A DNA stretch of 64,000 bases from an uncultured Ignavibacteriota bacterium (GTDB taxonomy: Bacteria; Bacteroidota; Ignavibacteria; Ignavibacteriales; Melioribacteraceae). Position numbers and translations under genes: made by a program. The notes under the pieces are model-generated. The model was not told the DNA's origin, made no database searches, and was given only the letters and a program-made list of their open reading frames with translations. Positions within the stretch are counted from its first letter, which is position 1. Each line of letters opens with the position of its first letter. Positions 56,126-64,000 of the stretch are shown piece after piece. The stretch is taken from positions 3,506-67,505 of the forward strand of contig CAMTXU010000024.1 in assembly GCA_947085815.1 (NCBI GenBank), in the 5' to 3' direction.

Positions 56126-57239
56126 ATTTCATAACTTCTTTAATGATAGAATTAGGATTGATCATTGCACCGAAATCATTAACGCCGGAAACATTGGCTC
56201 CGGAGCCGTGGCCGAAAAGTATTTGTCTATACTGACCCGTTAAATTTTCTTCGGCAACAATTATATGTTCATATTTTGCGCAAACATCAAAGTAAATTTG
56301 CGGAATAGGTAGAATAGTTTGGGCAATTAATAAAGAAACATTTTTACCTTCTGCCCGCAGATTAAATACGGCTTCTTTCGCAGCCAGGGCGGTGATGCCA
56401 TATGAAATTAAAAGAACCTTTGCACCGGGCTCTTCATCCAATTCGTAAAAACTATAATCAGCCATGTTTCTGATATTCTTAAAATGTAACCGCTTGGAAT
56501 TATTTAATGCTTCCACCGTGCTGTTCTGGATTATTCCTCTTTGGTTATGAGTTGAAGAAGTTATTCGTACCTGGTAATTTTCGCTTGCCAACGGAAGAAA
56601 TGCCGGAACAAGATCCTTTTCCGCTTTATAAGGTATGTATGGCTCATCATTTTCATAATACGTTCTTTCAATTTTAGAGATGCTGCTTAATTGCTCAACA
56701 TCAAGACTTACTTTAGTCATCATTTCTTCTTTTGAAGTGAGAATTACAACCGGTGTTCTATGCTTCACCGAAAATTCAACTGTCTTAGCGGAAAGATTCC
56801 AACAATCAAATGAATTATAAAAATTAAATACAGGTAAAGACATTCCGCCAGAAATCATTCCGTTCAACAAAGCAAGATCTCCTTGCGCGCCGGTTGTTGC
56901 CGTACCTGTTGCAGGACCTAACCGCTGAACAAGAATTATTATCATCGGCAGTTCCATCATGTAAGCCATATTGATACTTTCTATCATCAAGGCAAAACCG
57001 GGAAAGGATGTTGCAGTAACAGGAATTTTACCAATGGCGGAAAAACCGCTCATCCACTGAAGAGTGGTTATTTCATCCGGAGCCGCCATAAAAATCGGGA
57101 AGCGTGCAGAAGCGTATTGGTAAAGTAAATTTGCCGGCGTTATAGGATAACCAATAAATACATCAGCACCGGCTTTTGCCAGAGCCTCAATTGCAATTTT
57201 TGAATTGTCCGTGAATATTATACTCTTATTTTTACCCAT
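56118..57239 (-). CDS. 2-oxoacid:ferredoxin oxidoreductase alpha subunit
   Basis: AIEALAKAGADVFIGYPITPA, QRLGPATG.AT and a transketolase-C-like domain. Overlaps the beta-gamma gene by 8 nt. Confidence 0.85.
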   Translation of the reverse strand: MGKNKSIIFTDNSKIAIEALAKAGADVFIGYPITPANLLYQYASARFPIFMAAPDEITTLQWMSGFSAIGKIPVTATSFPGFALMIESINMAYMMELPMIIILVQRLGPATGTATTGAQGDLALLNGMISGGMSLPVFNFYNSFDCWNLSAKTVEFSVKHRTPVVILTSKEEMMTKVSLDVEQLSSISKIERTYYENDEPYIPYKAEKDLVPAFLPLASENYQVRITSSTHNQRGIIQNSTVEALNNSKRLHFKNIRNMADYSFYELDEEPGAKVLLISYGITALAAKEAVFNLRAEGKNVSLLIAQTILPIPQIYFDVCAKYEHIIVAEENLTGQYRQILFGHGSGANVSGVNDFGAMINPNSIIKEVMKYV

Positions 57240-57462
57240 ATGATTAACGATTATTCATTAAATATTATTGGTTAGTAAAGTCACTCTTAATCAAAAAAAG
57301 GAAAAAAATAAATATTCCTCCGTAAAAGTATAAAAAAGTGAACTAAATATTTTCATATCTTTGGGAAGAAAATTTTTCTGATTTATGAACTTTTTTGATT
57401 TCATAATCAGATTATTATTCTCATAAAAAAAAGCAATATCAAAAACAAACTTCGGAACAGTT

Positions 57463-58644
57463 ATGGCAAGCACAATTCAGTACAATCCACCGGATCATTA
57501 TTTAGTAGACGAACTTTTTACGGTGGAACAAAAAATGGTTAGAAGCACGATACGTGAATGGGTTAATGATTCTGTAAAACCGATTATTGAAGATTATTGT
57601 AACAAAGCAAAATTTCCGATGCACCTTGTAAAAGAGATGGGAGAGATCGGCGCGTTTGGTCCATTCATTCCCTCCGAATACGGTGGCTCGGATTTGGACC
57701 ACGTATCATATGGTTTAATTATGCAGGAACTTGAACGGGGCGATTCCGGAATTCGCTCTATGGCTTCAGTGCAGACTTCACTTGTGATGTATCCAATTTA
57801 CACTTTTGGAAGTGAAGAGCAGAGAAAAAAATATTTACCTCGTCTTGCAACAGGAGAAATTATCGGCTGCTTCGGTTTGACAGAGCCTGATTTCGGATCC
57901 GATCCGGGCGGAATGGCAACAAAAGTGAAAGATATGGGAGATCATTATTTATTAAACGGCGCTAAAATGTGGATCACTAATTCTTCAATAGCTGATATTG
58001 CTGTTGTCTGGGCTAAAGATGAAAATGGCATCGTACGGGGAATGATAGTCGAAAAAGATTGGACCGGATATTCGGCTCCCGAAACACATGGAAAATGGTC
58101 TTTAAGAGCAAGTGTTACCGGTGAACTTGTTTTTGATAATGTAAAAGTTCCTAAGGAAAATGTTCTTCCAAACATTGAAGGATTGAAAGGACCTTTGAAG
58201 TGTTTAAGCTCGGCAAGATATGGAATTGCCTGGGGCGCTCTTGGTGCTGCAATGGATTGTTACGATGCCGCATTAAGATATTCATTAGAAAGAAAACAAT
58301 TTGGAAAACCGATAGGTTCGTTTCAGTTGCAGCAGAAAAAATTAGCCGAAGCTGTAACAGAAATTACAAAAGCTCAACTTCTTGCCTGGCGTTTGGGTGT
58401 TCTAAAAAATGAAGGTAAAGCTACTGCGGCGCAAATTTCTATGGCTAAAAGAGATAATGTTGCAATGGCTCTTAATATTGCAAGAGAGACACGCCAAATT
58501 TTAGGAGCGATGGGCATTACTAATGACTACCCGATGATGCGCCACATGATGAATCTCGAATCTGTAATTACCTACGAAGGAACACATGATATTCATCTTC
58601 TCATTACCGGTCATGAGATTACGGGTTTACAGGCATACCGCTAA
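57463..58644 (+). CDS. gcdH: Acyl-CoA dehydrogenase, glutaryl-CoA dehydrogenase-like
   Basis: GCFGLTEPDFGSDPGGM, MWITNSSIADIAVVWAK, and C-terminal TYEGTHDIHLLITGHEITG.QAY resemble GCDH. Confidence 0.8.
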   Translation: MASTIQYNPPDHYLVDELFTVEQKMVRSTIREWVNDSVKPIIEDYCNKAKFPMHLVKEMGEIGAFGPFIPSEYGGSDLDHVSYGLIMQELERGDSGIRSMASVQTSLVMYPIYTFGSEEQRKKYLPRLATGEIIGCFGLTEPDFGSDPGGMATKVKDMGDHYLLNGAKMWITNSSIADIAVVWAKDENGIVRGMIVEKDWTGYSAPETHGKWSLRASVTGELVFDNVKVPKENVLPNIEGLKGPLKCLSSARYGIAWGALGAAMDCYDAALRYSLERKQFGKPIGSFQLQQKKLAEAVTEITKAQLLAWRLGVLKNEGKATAAQISMAKRDNVAMALNIARETRQILGAMGITNDYPMMRHMMNLESVITYEGTHDIHLLITGHEITGLQAYR

Positions 58645-58675
58645 TGGCATTCTTTTCGACCAAGATAATTATTAG

Positions 58676-58781
58676 AGGTTGTCTCAAATGTAATGTTTTA
58701 TAATAGAATAGCCCACGGATGACGCAGATAAAGCAGATTTTCGCAGATTATTTATTTGAATAATTACTTTTGAGACAGATT
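58676..58781. repeat. Mosaic palindromic repeat (outer arms AGGTTGTCTCAAATGTAAT / ATTACTTTTGAGACAGATT)
   Basis: The outer arm matches AGAGGTTGTCTCAAAAAGT at 24921. The interior ACGCAGATAAAGCAGATTTTCGCAGATTA resembles family-A arm material (20345-20366). Confidence 0.7.
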
Positions 58782-58786
58782 CTTTT

Positions 58787-60073
58787 TTATTCAAGCAAAC
58801 CTGATTGCTTTGATGAAGGTAGTTCTTGAACATCTTTAAGTTGTCTCTCAATCTTTCGAGAAGATTTTGCCGCGTCATCAATAGTGTTACTTGCTTCTTG
58901 CAGTTTCTTCTGTGTCTTTTCGAGAATATCACCGAACTTTCCAAACTCGGATTTTACACCGCCAAGAATTTTCCAAACTTCGCTCGATCTTTTTTCAATC
59001 GCTAAAGTCCTAAATCCCATCTGCAAACTATTGAGCAATGCGGCTAAAGTTGTCGGTCCGGAGACTACAACACGGAACTCACGTTGTAAAAATTCCGCTA
59101 ATCCGGGACGGCGCAATACCTCGGCATATAATCCTTCGATCGGTAAGAACATTATCGCAAAATCTGTAGTGTGAGGCGGATCCAGATATTTTTCAGCTAT
59201 CTTCTTTGCCTCACCTTTGATGCGTGTTTCAATTGCCTTATTCGCTTCATTGATGGCAACAATATTTGCCAGATCTTGAGCATCAAGTAATCTCTGATAA
59301 TCTTCCACCGGAAACTTTGCATCTATAGGTAACCATACAATTTCACTTTTTACTAAATCCCGGCCCGGAAGTTTAATTCCTATCTCAACACGATCGCTGC
59401 TTCCTTTTTTAGTGATAACATTTTTCTCGTATTGCTCTGGTGTTAGAATTTGATCTATCAAGTTCTCTAATTGTATTTCACCCCAACCACCGCGAGTTTT
59501 TACATTAGTCAAAACATTTTTGAGATCGCCAACTCCGCGCGCCAGTTCCTGCATGTCGCCTAAACCTTTGTAGACTTGTTCAAGCCGATCACTAACAAGC
59601 TTAAATGATTCGCCGAGACGCTTCTCCAGCGTCTCATGTAATTTTTCGTCGACTGTCAATCTCATCTCTTCCAATTTCTTCTCATTCTTATCCTGTATTT
59701 CTTTCAATTGAGATTCAACTTTTTCTTGAAGTTTATCAAATTTCTGCTCGTTCACTTGAGTGAGAGTGTTCATCTGCTTTGCAAAGAGATCAAGCTGGTT
59801 TTTTTGTCCCTTCGAAATTTCTCCTATGGTATTTGATATCTGTTCGCCAAGTTTTAGAATCGACTCGTTAACTTCTACACGCTGTGCTTTATTGTTATTT
59901 GAAGTTTCCTCTCTATTACGAGCAATTTCATCTCGGAACGATCTGTCCAACTTTTCAAATTCACTTTTCAAAACAGTATCATTCCCGGTTGAAAGTTTTT
60001 TATTCATCATAAAAAAGAAAATGATAACGGATAATAGAATTAGGATTGAGAGTGCCAGCAAGATTTCATTCAT
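58787..60073 (-). CDS. rmuC: DNA recombination protein RmuC
   Basis: N-terminal TM, long coiled-coil, C-terminal RmuC nuclease-like block (WLPIDAKFP, FAIMFLP.EGLYAE, VVSGPTTL.ALL). Confidence 0.9.
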   Translation of the reverse strand: MNEILLALSILILLSVIIFFFMMNKKLSTGNDTVLKSEFEKLDRSFRDEIARNREETSNNNKAQRVEVNESILKLGEQISNTIGEISKGQKNQLDLFAKQMNTLTQVNEQKFDKLQEKVESQLKEIQDKNEKKLEEMRLTVDEKLHETLEKRLGESFKLVSDRLEQVYKGLGDMQELARGVGDLKNVLTNVKTRGGWGEIQLENLIDQILTPEQYEKNVITKKGSSDRVEIGIKLPGRDLVKSEIVWLPIDAKFPVEDYQRLLDAQDLANIVAINEANKAIETRIKGEAKKIAEKYLDPPHTTDFAIMFLPIEGLYAEVLRRPGLAEFLQREFRVVVSGPTTLAALLNSLQMGFRTLAIEKRSSEVWKILGGVKSEFGKFGDILEKTQKKLQEASNTIDDAAKSSRKIERQLKDVQELPSSKQSGLLE

Positions 60074-60190
60074 AATTTCACCAATGATTTAGGAGTTGGG
60101 CAGAATTGCATGGGCTTATTTATTAAATATTTTGTTATTCAGCAAATCATTTATTTCATAAATTTAGAAAGTAATTCTTGGAAAGCATAA

Positions 60191-62656
60191 ATGAGCACTT
60201 GGAAAAAAAATGTAATTAGTATTTCTGTATCGTTGATAGTAATTGTACTGGTCATTTTTTCACTCTCCTTTTTCATGCTGAAAAAATCTTTACCCCAATA
60301 TAATGGTGAAAAAAATGTTAAGGGACTGCACAGCATCGTTGATATTTATCGAGATGCCTTCGCAATACCATTAATTAAAGCAAGAGACGATGAAGACGCC
60401 GCATTTGCGCTCGGATATGTTCATGCTCAGGAACGGTTGTTTCAGATGGATATTGCCCGGAGAGCAGGTGAGGGAAGGTTAAGTGAAGTGCTCGGTATAA
60501 AGACAATCCCTGTCGATCAAATGTTTCGTACAGTTGGCATCTACAAAAATGTGAAGTCGAATTATGATAAGCTCAATCCTCTTTCAAAAAAAATATTGGA
60601 GGCGTATTCAAAAGGTGTAAATGCTTTTATTAAAGAAGCAAAGGGGAAATATCCGGTTGAATTTGATGTTCTCGGTTACGATCCTTATCCATGGAAGCCA
60701 GAGCATAGTTTGATAATTGCGAAATTGATGGGGTGGGAACTAAATATAAGCTGGTGGACGGATATAACATTCTCACAACTCGTTCAAAAATTTGGCGCTG
60801 AGAGAGCTAAAGAGCTTTTGCCAAATTTTCCCGAAAATTCACCGACAATTATTCCATCAAGCATCAAAGGGTTTGCGGCAATTAAAAACGACCTGATAAA
60901 AATTGATCAGCAGTTCAGAGAGTTGACCGGATTTGTAGGCACTCATATAGGATCTAACAATTGGGTCATCAATGGAAAAATGTCCGCCTCCGGAAAACCG
61001 ATAATTGCAAATGATCCGCATTTAGCATTCACTGCGCCGGGCAGATGGTTCTTTGTGATGATACGCAGCGGGGATTGGAACGCAGAGGGATTTACAATTC
61101 CCGGGTTACCTGCAATTGTAATTGGGAAAAATCAGAACATAGCATGGGCAATGACGAATGTAATGGCAGACGATGCCGATTTTTACATTGAGAAAATTGA
61201 TTCAGCCGGTAAAAATTATTTTCTCAACGGAGCCTGGCGGCAATTGAATATTGAGAAAGATACAATTCAGGTTAAAGATTCTTCTAATGTTATTTTTGAG
61301 ATAAGGCATTCACATAGGGGACCAATCATAACTGATATTCATACTTATAAAACTCTCTATCCCAACATAGGAATTAAAACAGCGCAGATGAGTATGCGTT
61401 GGACCGGACAAGAATTTAGTGATGAAATGTTTGCGGCAATATCTATCAATAAATCTAAAAACTGGAATGAGTTTGGGAAAGCTGTTCAGTACTTTACCTT
61501 ACCCGGGCAAAACTTTGTTTACGGTGATAAGAACGGAAATATTGGTTACATCTGCGCGGCAAAACTTCCAATCCGTTCATTCAACAGTCCAACTCTAATC
61601 TATGACGGAACAACAGATGCGAATGATTGGAAAGGATTTGTACCGTATGAGGAGATGCCAAAATTATTCAATCCACCCCAAAACTATATAGCTTCTGCCA
61701 ACAACAAAACGATAATGAATTTCAAGTATCACATTTCGAATATTTGGGAACCATCATCACGCATCGAAAGAATAACAGAATTACTTAACTCAAAACCGAT
61801 TCAATCCAAAGAAGATTTTAAAAAATATCAGAATGATTTTGTATCACCCTATGCCAGAATAATTACACGTTATATTACTTCCGCGTTTGATAACGTAAAG
61901 ATTACGGATAAAAATCTTAAAATTGCTCTCGAACTTTTTAGAAATTGGGATTACGAGATGAGCGCGAGAAGTCAAGTTCCAACTATTTATACCCGCTTCT
62001 TGCACAACCTGATTAAAAATATTTTTAATGATGAGATGGACGATGATCTGCTGAAAGAGTATGTATTTATTGCAAACGTGCCTTACCGGATAATACCCAA
62101 AATGCTGGATGAGAATAATTCTTCTTTTTTTGATGACGTACTTACTCTTCAAATCGAAACACGTGACGTTATCATAAGAAAAAGTTTGGTTGATGCTCTT
62201 TCCCAACTTGAAAAAAATTATGGAATGGAAATTGCAAATTGGCAATGGGGTCAAATTCATAAAGTAACTTTCAAGCATATGTTTCATGATGTTTCTCCAT
62301 TGATTGATAAACTCATTAATATCGGTCCATTTAGTATAGGTGGTGATGGAACGACTATCTTTAACACAGAGTATTCATTTCCAGAACTATTTGAACAGAC
62401 TACCGATTTGACTAAACAGTATCGCTCGGAACCTTATTCAAATATTCTCGGTCCTTCGATGCGTTACATTTTTGATTTCGCGGATCCCGATCATCTTGAG
62501 TTTATCCTTCCTACAGGTCAGTCCGGGCATTTTATGAGCAGTCATTACAAAGATATGAGCGGTATGTGGCTGAAAGGAAAATACATCAAACTCTCTTTAT
62601 TAGAAGATGAGTTCATTAAATCATCAAAAAAAGTTTTGAGACTGAATCCTGAATAA
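60191..62656 (+). CDS. Penicillin-acylase family Ntn-hydrolase (possible acyl-homoserine-lactone/beta-lactam acylase)
   Basis: N-terminal anchor, GYVHAQERLFQMD, processing/nucleophile site GSNNWVI, NDPHL, and a C-terminal GQSGH block. Confidence 0.88.
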   Translation: MSTWKKNVISISVSLIVIVLVIFSLSFFMLKKSLPQYNGEKNVKGLHSIVDIYRDAFAIPLIKARDDEDAAFALGYVHAQERLFQMDIARRAGEGRLSEVLGIKTIPVDQMFRTVGIYKNVKSNYDKLNPLSKKILEAYSKGVNAFIKEAKGKYPVEFDVLGYDPYPWKPEHSLIIAKLMGWELNISWWTDITFSQLVQKFGAERAKELLPNFPENSPTIIPSSIKGFAAIKNDLIKIDQQFRELTGFVGTHIGSNNWVINGKMSASGKPIIANDPHLAFTAPGRWFFVMIRSGDWNAEGFTIPGLPAIVIGKNQNIAWAMTNVMADDADFYIEKIDSAGKNYFLNGAWRQLNIEKDTIQVKDSSNVIFEIRHSHRGPIITDIHTYKTLYPNIGIKTAQMSMRWTGQEFSDEMFAAISINKSKNWNEFGKAVQYFTLPGQNFVYGDKNGNIGYICAAKLPIRSFNSPTLIYDGTTDANDWKGFVPYEEMPKLFNPPQNYIASANNKTIMNFKYHISNIWEPSSRIERITELLNSKPIQSKEDFKKYQNDFVSPYARIITRYITSAFDNVKITDKNLKIALELFRNWDYEMSARSQVPTIYTRFLHNLIKNIFNDEMDDDLLKEYVFIANVPYRIIPKMLDENNSSFFDDVLTLQIETRDVIIRKSLVDALSQLEKNYGMEIANWQWGQIHKVTFKHMFHDVSPLIDKLINIGPFSIGGDGTTIFNTEYSFPELFEQTTDLTKQYRSEPYSNILGPSMRYIFDFADPDHLEFILPTGQSGHFMSSHYKDMSGMWLKGKYIKLSLLEDEFIKSSKKVLRLNPE

Positions 62657-62722
62657 AATCATTAATGATCCAAGAAGTTATCTGAAAAAATATTAAATTC
62701 GTCTCGAACAATATGGACGGCA

Positions 62723-63676
62723 ATGAAAGTAATTGAGCATCTCGAAAAAGCGAAGAACACACTAATTAGTTTTGAAATCATCCCTCCCAAACGGGGCGGA
62801 AATATAAAACAACTTTTAGAAGTACTTGAGGATATCGTTAAATACAATCCTCCGTTTATTGATATTACAAGTCATGCAGCGGAAGTAATTTTTGAAGAAA
62901 CCACCAGCGGCGGAATGCAGATGAAAATAAAACGCAAACGCCCCGGTACTCTTGGTATCTGTGCTCTAATTCAAAACAAGTACAACATTGATGCGGTGCC
63001 TCACGTTTTATGTACCGGCTTTACACGGGAGGAGACTGAGGATTTTCTTATTGAACTTCATTACTTGGGAATTGATAACGTTCTGGCGATACGCGGTGAT
63101 GACAGCGAATATAAAAAGCCTCTCAAATTTGGGCGCAGTATAAATGAGTACGCGGTTGATTTAATATCACAATTGAACTCGATCAACAAAGGTAAATATC
63201 TTGAGGAAGGATTATTGGATGCCCAGCCGATGGATTTTTGCGTAGGTACCAGCGGTTATCCTGAAAAGCATTTTGAAGCTCCCAACTTGATCACTGATAT
63301 CAGACATACCAAAACTAAAATTGAGGCGGGTGCCTCATACTTAGTAACTCAAATGTTTTACAACAACAAATCGTATTTCGAATATGTAGATCTGTGCCGC
63401 AAAGAGGGAATAAATGTCCCGATCATCCCCGGATTGAAAATCATTACATCTAAAGCGCATGTTAAAACATTACCAAAGAATTTTTATATAGATATTCCTC
63501 AAGAGCTTGCCGCCGAAATTGAAACAGCAAAACCGGAACATGTTCTTGAGATTGGTGTTAATTGGACAGCGAAACAGGTGGAAGAATTATTAAATAAAAA
63601 TGTTCCGGCAATTCATTTTTACATAATGCAGACATCAACGCCTATAAAAATGCTAATGAATAAACTTAATATATGA
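62723..63676 (+). CDS. metF: 5,10-methylenetetrahydrofolate reductase
   Basis: SFEIIPPKRG, HLTC-like block PHVLCTG, LAIRGD, YPEKH, GASYLVTQMFY and PIIPGL are MetF signatures. Confidence 0.92.
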   Translation: MKVIEHLEKAKNTLISFEIIPPKRGGNIKQLLEVLEDIVKYNPPFIDITSHAAEVIFEETTSGGMQMKIKRKRPGTLGICALIQNKYNIDAVPHVLCTGFTREETEDFLIELHYLGIDNVLAIRGDDSEYKKPLKFGRSINEYAVDLISQLNSINKGKYLEEGLLDAQPMDFCVGTSGYPEKHFEAPNLITDIRHTKTKIEAGASYLVTQMFYNNKSYFEYVDLCRKEGINVPIIPGLKIITSKAHVKTLPKNFYIDIPQELAAEIETAKPEHVLEIGVNWTAKQVEELLNKNVPAIHFYIMQTSTPIKMLMNKLNI

Positions 63677-63689
63677 GCAACGGAGAAAG

Positions 63690-64000
63690 ATGAATTCATC
63701 AACAAGATTGAAATTTTCAAACGCGATTCCGCGCAAATTAAAATGGGGAGTAGCAGGCTGCGGCAATTTTGCGGAAAGTTCATTTCTACCCGCACTTCAA
63801 TTAGCCCAACGCAGCAAATTAGTCTCGGCGTATAGTCATGATCTTACACGCGCAAAAAATATTGCAAACAAGTTTGGCGCTCCAAATGCTTTTGATGATT
63901 ATGACGCATTCTTGAAAAGCAATATCGAAGCGGTCTATATCTCAAGTGTAAACTCGGATCATTACCGGCAGGTTATTGAAGCCGCTAAAGCGGGGAAAAA
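63690..64000 (+). CDS. Gfo/Idh/MocA-family oxidoreductase, N-terminal part (continues beyond the window)
   Basis: ATG at 63690 preceded by GGAGAAAG. The frame is open to the window end. KWGVAGCGNFAE.. Rossmann motif and AVYISSVNSDHYRQVIEAAKAGK (EKP-like context). Not in the ORF track because it has no stop. Confidence 0.75.
   Translation, partial: MNSSTRLKFSNAIPRKLKWGVAGCGNFAESSFLPALQLAQRSKLVSAYSHDLTRAKNIANKFGAPNAFDDYDAFLKSNIEAVYISSVNSDHYRQVIEAAKAGK

Noticed and set aside
1-64000. tRNA, rRNA, tmRNA, transposase/IS, integrase, prophage or toxin-antitoxin genes, and recognisable anti-phage defence genes.
   Set aside because: None of the intergenic regions shows a tRNA-like cloverleaf or T-loop (GGTTCGAATCC-type) sequences. 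None of the ORFs carries the motifs of these classes. The window looks like core chromosome, and its only mobile-looking components are the short non-autonomous repeats.

Overview
This is a visibly AT-rich bacterial chromosomal segment with about 59 protein-coding genes. GC content was not computed. I saw no rRNA, tRNA, CRISPR array, transposase, integrase or prophage genes. The gene content points to a Gram-negative FCB-group organism (Ignavibacteria/Bacteroidota/Chlorobi-like): a Bat-type MoxR/vWA operon, a BshB1-like deacetylase, LytS/LytTR plus LiaF-like genes, GatB/GatC and a Kdo/Lpt operon. This taxonomic placement is an inference.

Layout:
- 1-8.7 kb: dnaB 3' end, nfo, a riboflavin operon (ribD-ribE-ribBA-ribH) and gatB.
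- 9-15 kb: CBS protein, BshB1-like deacetylase, SLC13 transporter, DUF302, cyclophilin, hemerythrin and ettA.
- 15.6-17.7 kb: a multidomain secreted nuclease.
- 18-27.7 kb: a lipoprotein, a J-domain protein, recQ, an S9 peptidase, a flavoprotein and rlmI.
- 27.9-39.1 kb (window centre): an 11-kb same-strand envelope locus, MoxR-DUF58-DUF4381-BatA-BatB-BatC-BatD-BatE-M48 protease-extra vWA lipoprotein.
- 39-48.8 kb: gatC, kdsB, a split B12-binding mutase subunit, ruvB, and a tightly coupled kdsA-kdsC-unknown-kdsD-lptC-lptA-lptB operon.
- 49-64 kb: an acylating aldehyde dehydrogenase, a LytS/LytTR module with two LiaF-like proteins, a 2-oxoacid:ferredoxin oxidoreductase, glutaryl-CoA dehydrogenase, rmuC, a penicillin-acylase family protein, metF and the start of a Gfo/Idh/MocA gene.

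The strongest signal not explained by genes is a vocabulary of short imperfect palindromic modules. They recur in many intergenic gaps, combine as mosaics, sit inside operons, and in three cases carry the stop codon of the adjacent gene.

I found no clearly novel multi-gene system such as a defence island. The best candidates for something under-described are:
- the extended Bat/MoxR-vWA locus;
- the repeat system;
- the unknown gene embedded in the Kdo/Lpt operon;
- the nuclease architecture.

All functional calls rest on motif recognition by eye, not on database searches.
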